64,000 nucleotides of DNA, from assembly GCA_963755915.1 (NCBI GenBank), contig CAVWLP010000002.1:352001-416000 (forward strand), written 5' to 3'. Positions 19,983 through 30,684 of this stretch are shown one piece after another. The notes under the pieces were generated by a model that was not told the origin of the DNA, made no database searches, and saw nothing but the letters and a program-made list of their open reading frames with translations. This DNA is from an uncultured Phycisphaerales bacterium. GTDB taxonomy: Bacteria; Planctomycetota; Phycisphaerae; Tepidisphaerales; Tepidisphaeraceae. The translations under genes and the position numbers were made by a program. The first letter of the stretch is position 1. Every line of letters begins with the position of its first letter.

Positions 19983-21841
19983 CTAGGATAGCGGGGAATT
20001 TGGGGATTGATAAGAGTGGTTCACTTCAGGTCCGCCGGATGGGGTCAATCCGAGCGGGGAGCCCGGCGGTACTGCTTCTCCCGCCTTAACGCCCCTGCGG
20101 GACAAATGCCTAGCATACAAGAGCAATCCCACGCCCGCGCCCAGCAGCATTGCCGAGCAGGCGAAGATGCCCAGGCGCCGGAAAGGGGATTGGGAATCAG
20201 CACCAGCACCAGAATGAAGCTGCCGTAGATGCATCCGAGCGTGCCCAGCAATTTGGCCTGGGCATGCGTGTTGTCCGCGCCCACTTCCCGTTGGAAATCA
20301 ACCGGCGTGTTCATGCGGCGGAAAAATTCATCCACCTGGCGCCCATACGCCAGATCATCCGCGGGCCAATACCAGCGGCGCGAGAGCATGAAGAAGCCGC
20401 ACGTCAGCGGAAACGCGATGATGTTGGTGGTGAACAGCGGATTCTTGGCCAGGTAATGGTAAATCCCATGGCCAAGCACGGGAGAAAGCAGACGCTCGAG
20501 TGCCGCCGTCGGAAGAATGTTGTAAAAGAAAATCGCCATCAGGGTGCCGAAAACCACCGCCGTCCACGCGGCCCAGCGCGGCGTTTTTTTCATGATCATC
20601 CCAAGCACCAGCGGCACCGCGATCGGCATCGTGACGTATGCCCCCAGGTAAAGATAAGCATTGCGCAGCGGCAGGTCGGGACGGTGCGCCAGCAGCACCG
20701 CCAGCAGCGCGATCGTCACGGCGCACAGCAGTGTCGCCAGCTTGCCCGCCGCCAGCAGCTCGCCGTCGCCGGCGCTTTTGCGAAGGATCGGCTGATAAAA
20801 GTTCTTCACCAAGAATCCGGCGTTTTTGTTCAGTGCCACGTCCATCGCCGCGATCGTCGCCGAGAACATCGCCGCGATCATCAGCCCGAGCAGCCCGCGC
20901 GGCAGCACCGCGACGCACACCGCGATGTAAGTCGTCTCCCCCGGCTTCAGCATCGAATGCTGAACCAGATGCGGCGCCAGCGTGAATGCCGCCAGCGGTG
21001 GAATGAACCAGAAAATCGGCATGATTATATACCCTACCATCGGCACCAGAGCCGTGCGCCGGGCTTCACGGCCATCCTTGGCGGGAATGTATTTCGAGAA
21101 AATCGCCATGTTGTTTTTGCTGTAGAGCGCCACCGCGATCGTCGAAACGATGTAAAGCCAGTCATATTGCGCTGATCCGAGCGGCTTGAAGAAGACCCAC
21201 CGATCCGGTGGAACCTGGTGCAGGAAGGCGTGAATGCCCCCAACTTTCACCAGCGTCAGCACCGCCGTGACGATCGTGATCCCCATCAGCAGCAGGAGCT
21301 GGATGAAATCGCTGGCCACCACCGCCCAGTTGCCCCCCAGCAACGAAATCACCAGCACCACCGCCGCCGTGCACAGAATGACCGCACCCTGCGGCAGCGC
21401 GAACGCCACCGCCAGGATGATCGAAAGCCCCACCAGCCACACCGCCCCCGTCAAAAGCGCGTTAACGATCTGAAGCCAATTGAAAAACTGCTCGTTAAAC
21501 GGCCCAAAGCGCAGGCGCACCGCGTCCATCGCGGTGATCACCCGCAACTGCCGGAAGCGCGGAGCAAACCAGACGGCGCTGAGGGCGAAGCCCAGAACGT
21601 CCACAAAGCTGACGGCGAAGACCAGGATGCCAAACGTGTAGGCGATGTCGGCCCCGCCGGTGAAAGTCCAGCAACTGAAGTTGGAGATGAATGAGCTGGC
21701 GCCAAGCAGCCACCAGGTCATTTGAAACCCGCCGGCGAAATAATCCTTGCTCCCCCGATTGAATCGCCGGAAGACAAATCCGATCGACGCCAGGAAAACC
21801 AGGTACCCGGCGATGATGAAGTAGTCGTACCTGGAAATCAC
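19983..21841 (-). CDS. Sodium:solute symporter family transporter; frameshift ~20180
   Basis: DYFAGG..WWLLGAS, SCWTFTG, GLMIAAMFSAT; many TM helices. Confidence 0.88.
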
Positions 21842-21866
21842 GGGCGATGTGCAGCCGTTGCCGGCG

Positions 21867-23480
21867 TCACCCTCGGTTGGCCAGCAGTGTTACCACGCTG
21901 TGGGCCGGCACGTCGATCGTATCCGCGGCATTCAGCGGGCCGTGCACGCCCAGGTTTTCGGTGTCCGACGTTATGTACATCATCATACTCGTCGGAAATG
22001 CCGACCCCGCAAACTGCACGCGCAGATGCTCCTCCGCGCCGTCGTTGATATAAACGATCGCGATCTGCCTTCCCGTGGGATCGATGTACGCAGTCCCCAG
22101 CATTCCCTCCGATATGGCCGGCCGGGTCTGCGGCAGATAGTGCCCGCTCAACTTTGGATCCGGAGGCAGCGGCGGATGCGCCGCGTCGTCTCGAAGCGCG
22201 ATCCGCTGCCAGTTGGGCCGAATGAACCGGCTATAGTTGCCCATCGCCCAGAGCATTTTCGACTCAATCACGTTTTCCGGATCGCCGGGCTTGTGCCAAT
22301 CGGTGTACAGCAAGCCGTCCTTGAAATCCGCGTTAGACACGGCCAGCCACCACTGCCACGCCGAGGCGTTCTCGTTGGCCATGCAGGCGTGAATCATCTT
22401 CGCCAACTCGATGGCTGATTTCATCGTCAAATCGCGTTTGGGCTGCATGATGCAGATTTCGCTCATCCACATTTTCCAATCCGCGTGCCCGGCCATCGCG
22501 TGGCCAATCGCCTTGGTTTCAAAGTCCAGCGCCCGCCCGTAGCTGGATCCATAGAGATGGTGGCAGAGCCGATACCCAAGCATCTCTCCCATGCCGGGAA
22601 TGGAAGTGAAATAATCGATGTAGTTCCCAAACTTCGCTCGATACCTTCGCGTGGCCGTCTCATCCGAATGAAGCATCGCCCCGGCCGTGTTACTCTCGGG
22701 AACGATGATGGCGGCCCGCAGCCCATCCGCGACAAGCTGACTGTGCAGCGCCACCACGACTCGCCGGATGCTGTCGTTGTCCATCCGGCACCCTTCCTGT
22801 CCGTTTTGCCAGCTCTCGCCCGGCTCGTTCACCGGGGAAACGTAATCAAAGTCGATCCGGCTGCGCGGATCATTCACAGCCCCGCTATCGCGAAAGTGCA
22901 AAAGAATATCCGCCAGGTATTTCGCGAATTGACCCTCGTAGCCTGATTTTAAATTGGTCGGCGCAGTTTTGTTCGAGCCCATGTTCGTCAGCCCGTTGAG
23001 GGTCATCCGGCCCGGTGGGCTGTTGACAAAAGCCAGGAACTGCTCCACCCCGCGCGCCTTGGCGGCCGCGAGAAACCACTGCTCGGCCCACTGCCGACGC
23101 CAGTCGTACTCGTCACGCCCGATTTCGAAAGTTTCTTCGCTGCGGATCGGATTCGCGATCGTCTTGTGCTGAACGCCCCCGCCGACGTTGAACCGCCAGC
23201 AGGAAAGCCCGATGCCGCTCGTCCGCGAAAAGAGTAGGTCGGCGATCTTCTCCTTGCTCGCCTCCGACCACCCTCCGAGCGCTTGCAGTGTCCAGGCCCC
23301 CGAAGCGCCAAAATTGTCGATCGTCTGAAACCGCGTCCCCGAATCGATCGTCGCCGTCACGTCCCCCATGCCCGCCGATGCGAGAATCGTGCAAAGCAAC
23401 AGAGCAGCCCCGAAAACGCCGCGCAGCCGCTTTGTCACAGTTCGTTTGATGAATGCCCGGTTCCGCCCGTCCGCCGACAT
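21867..23480 (-). CDS. Secreted glycoside hydrolase, GH30-like
   Basis: QTIDNFGASGAW, GLSCWRFNVGGG, SPVNEP (acid/base), WMSEIC (nucleophile). Confidence 0.85.
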   Translation of the reverse strand: MSADGRNRAFIKRTVTKRLRGVFGAALLLCTILASAGMGDVTATIDSGTRFQTIDNFGASGAWTLQALGGWSEASKEKIADLLFSRTSGIGLSCWRFNVGGGVQHKTIANPIRSEETFEIGRDEYDWRRQWAEQWFLAAAKARGVEQFLAFVNSPPGRMTLNGLTNMGSNKTAPTNLKSGYEGQFAKYLADILLHFRDSGAVNDPRSRIDFDYVSPVNEPGESWQNGQEGCRMDNDSIRRVVVALHSQLVADGLRAAIIVPESNTAGAMLHSDETATRRYRAKFGNYIDYFTSIPGMGEMLGYRLCHHLYGSSYGRALDFETKAIGHAMAGHADWKMWMSEICIMQPKRDLTMKSAIELAKMIHACMANENASAWQWWLAVSNADFKDGLLYTDWHKPGDPENVIESKMLWAMGNYSRFIRPNWQRIALRDDAAHPPLPPDPKLSGHYLPQTRPAISEGMLGTAYIDPTGRQIAIVYINDGAEEHLRVQFAGSAFPTSMMMYITSDTENLGVHGPLNAADTIDVPAHSVVTLLANRG

Positions 23481-23693
23481 GAATCCCTCGCACCGCAAAA
23501 AATCCCTGCTCCAACCACCCGTTTAATCGCATTGAAAATTACATGCGATCCATCGAACCAGAATATCCCCCGAAGTTCGCGGCGTTGCAAGAAATAAGTG
23601 CCCCGGCGTCCCCACCAGGCCAGCATGTAATTTACTTCGTCCCCCCGTTCTTTTCCTCACCCCTCACCCCCTCTACAATCGAAATACTGAAAT

Positions 23694-24593
23694 ATGCCCA
23701 TCACCCTCGAAATTCTCCCCAATTCCCCCGATGCCGGCCGTAAGCCCCCCTGGCTGAAGATGAAAATGCCCGCCGGCGAGGGCTTTACGCGCCTCCTCGA
23801 CCTGGTCAACACCCACAAGCTCCACACCGTCTGCCAATCCGCCAAGTGCCCCAACATGGGCGAATGCTGGCACGCCGGCACCGCCACGCTCATGATCCTC
23901 GGCGACGTCTGCACCCGAAGCTGCGGCTTCTGCCACATCGCCACGGGCCGCCCGCCCACCCTCGATCTCGACGAACCCCGCCGCGTCGGCGACGCCGTCC
24001 GCCTGATGGGCCTCAATCACATCGTCATCACCAGCGTCAACCGCGACGAACTCGCCGACGGCGGCGCCAACATCTGGGCCAAAACCATCCGCCAAATCCG
24101 CCTCCAATCCCCCGGCACCAGCGTCGAAGTCCTCATCCCCGATTTCTGCGGCGACTGGAACGCCCTGCAACTCGTCCTCGACGAAAAACCCGAAATCCTC
24201 AATCACAACCTCGAAACCATCCCCCGCCTATATTCAACTGTCCGCCCCCAGGCCAAATATCATCGCTCGCTCAAGCTATTACAGATCTCCAAACAGCAAG
24301 GCTTCATCACCAAAACCGGCATGATGCTCGGCCTCGGCGAAACCGATGCAGAAATCGACCAGGTGCTCGACGACCTGGTAGCCATCGGCTGCGACATCCT
24401 CACCCTCGGGCAATACCTCCGCCCCACCATGCAGCACCTTCCCGTCATTCGCTGGGTCCACCCCGACGAATTTGCCGATTGGAAAAATCGCGGCGAAGCA
24501 AAGGGAATCCGCCATGTGGAATCGGGGCCGCTGGTGCGCAGCAGTTATCATGCGGAGAAGCAGGTGAAGGCGCACGCGGGGGCCCAGCACTAG
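23694..24593 (+). CDS. lipA: Lipoyl synthase
   Basis: CQSAKCPNMGEC, CTRSCGFC, ITSVNRD, NHNLET, PLVRSSYHA. Confidence 0.97.
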   Translation: MPITLEILPNSPDAGRKPPWLKMKMPAGEGFTRLLDLVNTHKLHTVCQSAKCPNMGECWHAGTATLMILGDVCTRSCGFCHIATGRPPTLDLDEPRRVGDAVRLMGLNHIVITSVNRDELADGGANIWAKTIRQIRLQSPGTSVEVLIPDFCGDWNALQLVLDEKPEILNHNLETIPRLYSTVRPQAKYHRSLKLLQISKQQGFITKTGMMLGLGETDAEIDQVLDDLVAIGCDILTLGQYLRPTMQHLPVIRWVHPDEFADWKNRGEAKGIRHVESGPLVRSSYHAEKQVKAHAGAQH

Positions 24594-24745
24594 CGATTCT
24601 TCTGCCGCCTTTTTCGCATGGCGCGCACGCGTTGAATTCGCCGTTCGATTATTGCCATATCCGCGTCAGAAAGGTGAAGGAACTCCTGCACGGTTCCAAC
24701 CTTGAATCCCGCCTTCTCGAGTTTTTTCCGCCTGGAGGTTTTCAT
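24590..24745 (-). CDS. 51-aa protein resembling the N-terminus of XRE/HigA-like antitoxins, without the HTH
   Basis: Manual translation MKTSRRKKLEKAGFKVGTVQEFLHLSDADMAIIERRIQRVRAMRKRRQKNR*. Confidence 0.55.
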   Translation of the reverse strand: MKTSRRKKLEKAGFKVGTVQEFLHLSDADMAIIERRIQRVRAMRKRRQKNR

Positions 24746-24811
24746 CTGAGGTTTTCATCTTTCGACCAAATAAGGCTGTAACCAAATATTGTAGCCCATC
24801 ATCTCCTCTTG

Positions 24812-24852
24812 TCCCCTCCCCTGGTAATCCGGGGGAGGGCTAGGGTGGGGGC
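24812..24852. repeat. REP-like hairpin (CCCTCCCCTGGTAATCCGGGGGAGGG-TAGGGTGGGGG)
   Basis: Reverse-complement match to 57171-57214. Confidence 0.75.
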
Positions 24853-24958
24853 TGCCTGCGGTTATCGCAAAATATCACGACATCTTTACTGGCCTCCCCG
24901 CCGGAAAACGATAAGATTCCAACAAGGATTTATCTTGAAATGTTCATGGAGGAACATC

Positions 24959-26248
24959 ATGCCATCCACCCCCATCCGTTGCGCTCCTCTTCTTTTCCTC
25001 ATTAGCACACTGGCCTTCACCGCCTGCACCCCCCAAAAGCCCCAGGAATCCGCCCGACCCATCGACTTCCGCCAACCCCTCCCCGATGGCGCCGTCGCCC
25101 TTCGTAAGATCGATCCCAGCCAATACCCCGATTTCGGCGCCATGCAGGTGGATCCCGTCCGTCTCAGCGAATCGATCGATGGCAGCCTGAGATATCTCTC
25201 GGCCCCCAGCAGCCGCGCCTATTTCCCGTACCTGGATATCTCCCACGACCGCGCCGCCGCCACCCTCACCCGCCTGCGCGACATCTGCAACCAGATGATC
25301 GCCATGGGGCGATGGGATCCGACGTGGTTCAACCAGCAGATCTGCTCCAACTTCGAAGTCTACAAAAGCTACGGCGCGCCTTCACCCGATGGGATGGGCT
25401 ACACCGATCGCGTCCTCTTCACCGGCTACTGCACCCCCATCTACGACGCCAGCCTCACCCCCTCCTCCGAATTCCAGTGGCCGTTGTATAAGCTCCCCTC
25501 CGATCTCGTCCGTGATGCCATGTCCGGCCAGGTCCAGGGCCGCCGCACGCCCGACGGCCGCATCGTCCCCTACTTTACCCGTGGCCAGATTGAAACCGGC
25601 CACGTCCTCGCCGGCGACGAACTCGTCTGGCTCCGCAGCCGATGGGAAGCCTACGTCGTCACCATCCAAGGCTCCGCCCGCCTGCGATTGGTCGACACCG
25701 GCCAGATCAAAGAGATCGGCTTCGCCGGCACCAACGGCTACCCCTACACCAGCCCCGGCCTGCAAATGATCTCCGACGGCGTCATCACCCGCGACCAGCT
25801 CAGCCTTCGCGGCCTCTCCGAATTCTTTTCCAATCACCCCGAAATGATGGACCGCTATCTCCCCATCGACCAGCGCTACGTCTTCTTCACCGACCGCCCC
25901 GGCGGCCCCTTCGGAAGCCTCAACGTCCGCGTCACCCCGCTCGCCACCATCGCCACCGACAAGGAATCAAAAGACATCTACCCCCGCTCCATGCCCGCCT
26001 TCGTCACCACTTCAATCCCCGACCCCACGGATAACCAGATACACCCCTTAGCCAACTTCCTTCTCGACCAGGACACCGGCGGGGCCATCCGCGCCAGCGG
26101 CCGCTGCGACATCTACATGGGCATCGGCCCCGAAGCCCAATCCATGGCCGGCCACGAACTCCAGGAAGGCCAACTCTATTACCTGGCAATCAAACCAACG
26201 CTGATGCAGGAAACCGCCGATATTTCGCCCGCTCTGCCGCGAAATTAA
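24959..26248 (+). CDS. mltA: Membrane-bound lytic murein transglycosylase A-like lipoprotein
   Basis: Lipobox FTAC; FTGYCTP, IQGSARL, RYVFF; 3D domain DQDTGGAI..RCDIYMG; GGAGG RBS. Confidence 0.9.
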   Translation: MPSTPIRCAPLLFLISTLAFTACTPQKPQESARPIDFRQPLPDGAVALRKIDPSQYPDFGAMQVDPVRLSESIDGSLRYLSAPSSRAYFPYLDISHDRAAATLTRLRDICNQMIAMGRWDPTWFNQQICSNFEVYKSYGAPSPDGMGYTDRVLFTGYCTPIYDASLTPSSEFQWPLYKLPSDLVRDAMSGQVQGRRTPDGRIVPYFTRGQIETGHVLAGDELVWLRSRWEAYVVTIQGSARLRLVDTGQIKEIGFAGTNGYPYTSPGLQMISDGVITRDQLSLRGLSEFFSNHPEMMDRYLPIDQRYVFFTDRPGGPFGSLNVRVTPLATIATDKESKDIYPRSMPAFVTTSIPDPTDNQIHPLANFLLDQDTGGAIRASGRCDIYMGIGPEAQSMAGHELQEGQLYYLAIKPTLMQETADISPALPRN

Positions 26249-26370
26249 GAACCCTCAAGAGGTGTCCCAGCGTTGCCTTATGCTCTAGCCGCGCCCCTCT
26301 CATTTCCATTCCCTGGTACCCCATGACGGCCTGACACTTTGTTTGAGTTCGAATACCAGTTGGCCGCTCT

Positions 26371-26749
26371 TTTAAAGACAGATGCAAATGCAATGCAAGG
26401 GAGGCGGGAGACAACCCATAAGGCCCCAAGTTTTTTCTCCCGCCTCCCCCGCACCCCCTCCACCCTCTTTCCCTTCCCCTAACCGTCCAAGGCGAAAGAC
26501 CATGTGCCGAGGTGTTTTGTTAGGAATTCGCACAACTCATCAATGTGAGCAGTACCGCACGCAATTGCAGAAGTACATCGTGCACGAATTTCCGGGGGGA
26601 GGGTTGAGGGGAAAAGGAAGGGGAGTGGGGTGGGCGCGGGAGGGGCGAGGGGGAAACTCTTGTCTTCGACCCTGAGCTCAGACCGAAGGGGGGGCCTTAT
26701 GTGGTTCCCCCTCGCCCCTCCTGCATTGCATTTGCATTTCGTCTTCAAA
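26371..26749. repeat. ~380-bp inverted-repeat element, copy 2
   Basis: Colinear with 3269-3648 and in the same orientation. Confidence 0.85.
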
Positions 26750-26761
26750 TCGCGAAACCCA

Positions 26762-27097
26762 CTAATTCGCATGCTTCGCCGGCGGCCGATACTTCGCTCC
26801 ACCCGCCTTTTTGAACGCATCGACCCCTTCCGCCCAGGTGAGCAGCGGAGTGGTTCGATATTTATGTACTCCACCGCGCGCCGACACCGCCATCGTCAGC
26901 GCCGCCGCCGACTCGGCATCGGGAAGGTGTGCGATCCCCACAAAATCAAACTCTCCGAATGAGAGCCAGAACCCTTCCATCTTTCCGCCGAAGCTCTCGA
27001 TCAACTTGCGAACCACCACGGAGCGATCCTCGGGCTTCTGCACCATCGCCGCGATCGATTCGGACGTGTAACACCCCTGAAACATAAAAGTTGGCAT
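26762..27097 (-). CDS. GYD domain-containing protein
   Basis: PEDRS..LIESFGGK, FGEFDFV, RTTPLLT. Confidence 0.85.
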   Translation of the reverse strand: MPTFMFQGCYTSESIAAMVQKPEDRSVVVRKLIESFGGKMEGFWLSFGEFDFVGIAHLPDAESAAALTMAVSARGGVHKYRTTPLLTWAEGVDAFKKAGGAKYRPPAKHAN

Positions 27098-27143
27098 GCG
27101 TCCTTCCTTTCAATCTCCGCCCCATCTCCACCAACGAACTTAA

Positions 27144-27422
27144 TCACTTCCCATACACGCTGGCCAGCGCTTTCCCAGCCTCAGCGTCTTCAAGCACAGG
27201 AGTAACCTGAAATTCGAGCAGGTGTTCCCATTCGGCGACATGCTGGGCCAGAGCCGTAGCGTTATTTCCCTCGACAACGGCCCATCCGGTTGCCGAGCCA
27301 GGTGCGTGCCAACGCCCAATCATGGTCAGTCCCTTCGGAGTCGGGGCCCCGCCTTTCAGGAACGCCTCTGCCGCCGACTTGATGTTTCCAGGAGCAATCT
27401 TCCAGGCAAGCATATATTTCAT
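27144..27422 (-). CDS. DUF3303 family protein
   Basis: MKYMLAW, PKGLTMIGRWHAPG, QVTPVLED. Confidence 0.82.
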   Translation of the reverse strand: MKYMLAWKIAPGNIKSAAEAFLKGGAPTPKGLTMIGRWHAPGSATGWAVVEGNNATALAQHVAEWEHLLEFQVTPVLEDAEAGKALASVYGK

Positions 27423-27576
27423 GGCGCCGCTTGTATCGCAATTTTTTGGAACCGACAAGTCGGTCGCTGCTAAGTAGCAGACCTTGAGCCCGCCATGCGC
27501 GCCTTTATAGCCGCTTCGGTTTCCCACCGATAACACCATCTACCCCTTCGAATCGGATCACTCTTTTTCCGGGAAC

Positions 27577-27620
27577 GCCCACGGACCTCGGCGAGTTTAG
27601 TCGAGCCGCCCCGCCATGGG
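27577..27620. repeat. GCCCACGG-type REP interrupted by a 24-nt hairpin insert
   Basis: GCCCACG[GACCTCGGCGAGTTTAGTCGAGCC]GCCCCGCCATGGG; the insert matches the reverse complement of 45127-45150 at 21 of 24 positions. Confidence 0.7.
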
Positions 27621-27812
27621 GAATTCGGAAGCTCATGCCTGAGATCGAACTAACTGACGTAATTTCCCGTCCCTTGCGTGATCTTCATCGGCGTCCGCCG
27701 TGGGTGCCGCCCGTTTCCCCACCGGCGGAAGGTTTTGGATGGGGCCACCAGCTTCCGCCGCTGGGGACATCCAACGCCGAAATTGGCTCGCGACTTTCCT
27801 TATTTGGAGTTT

Positions 27813-27920
27813 CCCACCTGATATCATTGATATCACCAAAACCGTATACTCAAACCCCCCATCCTTCCCATTTTGTCGCGGACTGTAAAGTTTTGTATCG
27901 TAACCCCCCTCAGCAAAAAA
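27813..27920. repeat. Dispersed ~110-bp repeat, copy A
   Basis: ACCTGATATCATTGATATCA and TGTCGCGGACTGTAAAGTTTTGTAT are both identical in 56356-56481. Confidence 0.8.
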
Positions 27921-28065
27921 AACCGCCTCCCCAAAAAACTTGCACATCCCACCACCCCAATACCCGACCGATAAAAGTTTAATGCCCCACCCTCGCGATT
28001 CCCTGCAACTTTGGTGATATGCTTCAATTAAACCTCTGGTATACATGGAGGTCTAGAGACTGGGG

Positions 28066-28803
28066 ATGCAGACCATGAAACGGATTGCCGCAATCACATT
28101 TTCGCTGATTCTTGCCATGACGCTAAGCGCATTCGCCGACACCGCCACCACCCAGCCCTCCGACCCGACTCTGGCCAACAAGCTGCAGCTTCAGGCCAAC
28201 GAGGCGATGGGTCGCGGCGACTACGCCGCCGCCGCCGTCCTTCTTCAGAAGGTCGAACAGCTTGTCTCCGACCAGCCCGACGTCCTCGGCCCCGTCATGG
28301 AGCAGCTCCGCGTCTGCCGAAAGCAGGTTTTGGCTGGGAATTCCAAGGGGGGTGGCAATCTCCAGAACTCCGTCCCCATGGCCGTCGATGGCGGCGCGCG
28401 TCATATCCACCCCATTCCCACACCCGGCCAAACCGTCGAATTGCCCATCAAAGAGCTCGGCAATTTCGATTACGACCCCACGGTCGGCGGCGGTATCCCG
28501 GGCGACGTCACCCGCATGGAAGGCTGCCATTTCAAGACCACCGGATATATGATTCCCCTCGACCAGGCCGAGAGCATTTCCGAGTTCGCCCTGGTCCCCA
28601 GCTTATTCGCCTGCTGCTTCGGTCAGCCGCCTCAAATTCAGCACACGATCGTGGTACACTGTCCCAAGAGCAAGGCGCTCGATTATTTCCCCGATGAACT
28701 GGTCGTCGAAGGAACCTTGCACGTGAAGGAAGACCGCGACGGCGGATTCATCGTCAGCATTTTCCAGATGGACGCCTCCAGCGTGAAGGCGGCGCCCCAG
28801 TAA
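28066..28803 (+). CDS. Secreted DUF3299-domain protein
   Basis: Signal peptide; GYMIPLD, FALVPSLFACCFGQPP, VEGTLHV. Confidence 0.82.
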   Translation: MQTMKRIAAITFSLILAMTLSAFADTATTQPSDPTLANKLQLQANEAMGRGDYAAAAVLLQKVEQLVSDQPDVLGPVMEQLRVCRKQVLAGNSKGGGNLQNSVPMAVDGGARHIHPIPTPGQTVELPIKELGNFDYDPTVGGGIPGDVTRMEGCHFKTTGYMIPLDQAESISEFALVPSLFACCFGQPPQIQHTIVVHCPKSKALDYFPDELVVEGTLHVKEDRDGGFIVSIFQMDASSVKAAPQ

Positions 28804-28839
28804 TATTCGCGAGTAATGTTCGTGGAATAGACAGGACTC

Positions 28840-29433
28840 ATGAGCACAGCCAACCCCCCATCGATCACCCCCGCCGGGCTGACATATCAGCCCCGGCCCG
28901 TCGTCCGCCGCAAACCCTGGTCGCAGCGCCTCAACTGGCGGATACTCGTCTTCATCGCCGTCGTCTTCGTCCCCATCGTCATGGTCTTCGCCTGGTGGCT
29001 GGACGAATACGTCTCCGGCGGCATCCACGATTACGGCGCCTATAAAGAAGTCGACCTCAAGGCGATGAGCTCCTTCGACATGGACCAGATGACCGCCACC
29101 GAAAACGAAATCCCCGCCAAGTGGCGCGCCCTCGACGGCGACAAGATTCTCGCCGTCGGCGAAATGTGGGCCCCGCGCTCCGCCAGCAACAGCGACCGCC
29201 TCGACTATTTCCAGCTCGTCTATTCAAAAACCAAATGCTGCTTCAACGGCCCGCCCCTCGCCCAGCATTTCGTCGACTGCGACGTGGTCCCCAGCGCAAA
29301 GGTCTATTACTACGACGTGCCCGTCCGCGTGTGGGGAACCGAACACACCCGCATCCGCAGAGACCCCCAGACCGGCGTCATCAAGAGCATCTACCACTTC
29401 GATGTGGATAAGATCGAAGCGATCGACAACTGA
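28840..29433 (+). CDS. Membrane-anchored DUF3299-like protein
   Basis: TM helix; IPAKWRALDG, FQLVYSKTKCCFNGPP, resembling the preceding gene. Confidence 0.7.
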   Translation: MSTANPPSITPAGLTYQPRPVVRRKPWSQRLNWRILVFIAVVFVPIVMVFAWWLDEYVSGGIHDYGAYKEVDLKAMSSFDMDQMTATENEIPAKWRALDGDKILAVGEMWAPRSASNSDRLDYFQLVYSKTKCCFNGPPLAQHFVDCDVVPSAKVYYYDVPVRVWGTEHTRIRRDPQTGVIKSIYHFDVDKIEAIDN

Positions 29434-29438
29434 TCAGT

Positions 29439-30649
29439 TTACTGCGCCATCGTCATCGGCGACACGGATGGCAACGTCGCCGGCGCTGATTGATCTGAAT
29501 CTGATGCCGGCTTGAATCCCGCCAGCGGCCCGCGCCCGCCGTCAAACAGCAGCAGCACCCCCAGCCACACCTGCACCGCCATCACCGCCACCAGCAAAAA
29601 TGAAAACATGCTCAGCACCACCCGGCTGCGCGGCGCAAAGCGCGTCAGCAGCGCCAGGATTAGACACAGCACGAGAATTGAAGCCCCGAAAACGATATGC
29701 AACCCTTCGGCGCCATCTTCGAATCGCGAATGTTATGCATCGCCCGCATAAAATGATCGCGATTGATGACATACGGCCAGGCCACCAGATAATCCCCAAA
29801 CCACAACCCACTGACGATCGCCGCCAGCGCAATCACCGCCGCCAGCACCCAAAATCTTGACGCCGGAACGCGCGGCCCGACTGGAATCTCATCCCCCGGA
29901 TCGTTCAGCGCCTGAAGCAGCGAGATCGGCTTAATATGCCCCTCCCGCTCCGCTGTCGCCGAAACATCCGTCCGGGGAATCCGCTGCACCAGAACCGTGT
30001 CTGTCGTCACTGCCCGGCGAATCGACAGTGCCAGCGCCGCCGCCGCCAGCGCAAACACAAACCCCGCCATGAGCGTATGAATCTCCCCCTGCGGCGCGAC
30101 ATACTCAATGCGATCCTCCAGATCGGCCGGCTTGGCCGGATGATCCGGCAGCGAACTCAGTCTTCCCGTCGTCGCGAAGTTCAGCCGAAACACCATCTCT
30201 CCCCCATGCCAGGCCCCATCCACCATGAGCCCGACCGCGATGAGAAGCATGACCAGCACCGGAATGCGCAAAATCCGCCGCCACGCATCCGAGCCCCCCA
30301 GCCACACCACCACGGCAAACAGCGCCAGCGCCGTCGCCGCGGAGTTGAGGATGATGTGATATTTCACGAACGTCCAGTCGGTCTGATCGAAATTGCTGCC
30401 CGCCTTGATATCCGCCCACGAATCCCCGCCGCTTCCGTGGGTCATCACGTCGCTGAGCGCGTAAACTCCGGTCGTGACCGCGGGAATCGCCAGCAGCGTT
30501 CCCATGAGAATCATCCATCGCCCCGCGATACGAAACGAGCTGTGACGATAGAGAAAGCTGAAAAGTTCGATGGTGACGCCCAGGATCAGCAGCGCCAGCG
30601 GAAAGTGGATCAGGCAGACGTGAAAATTAGGGATGATGAATTTGTCCAC
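29439..30649 (-). CDS. DUF2231-family multi-pass membrane protein; frameshift ~29705
   Basis: PNFHVCLIHFPLALL, AWHGGEMVF; further His-containing TM helices continue in ORF 29439..29702. Confidence 0.78.
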
Positions 30650-30684
30650 GAATTCAAGCTCCTTGCATGGTTTGCTTCAGCGAG

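Noticed and set aside
29403..29411. Perfect DnaA box TGTGGATAA
   Set aside because: Single copy inside a coding sequence, with no cluster
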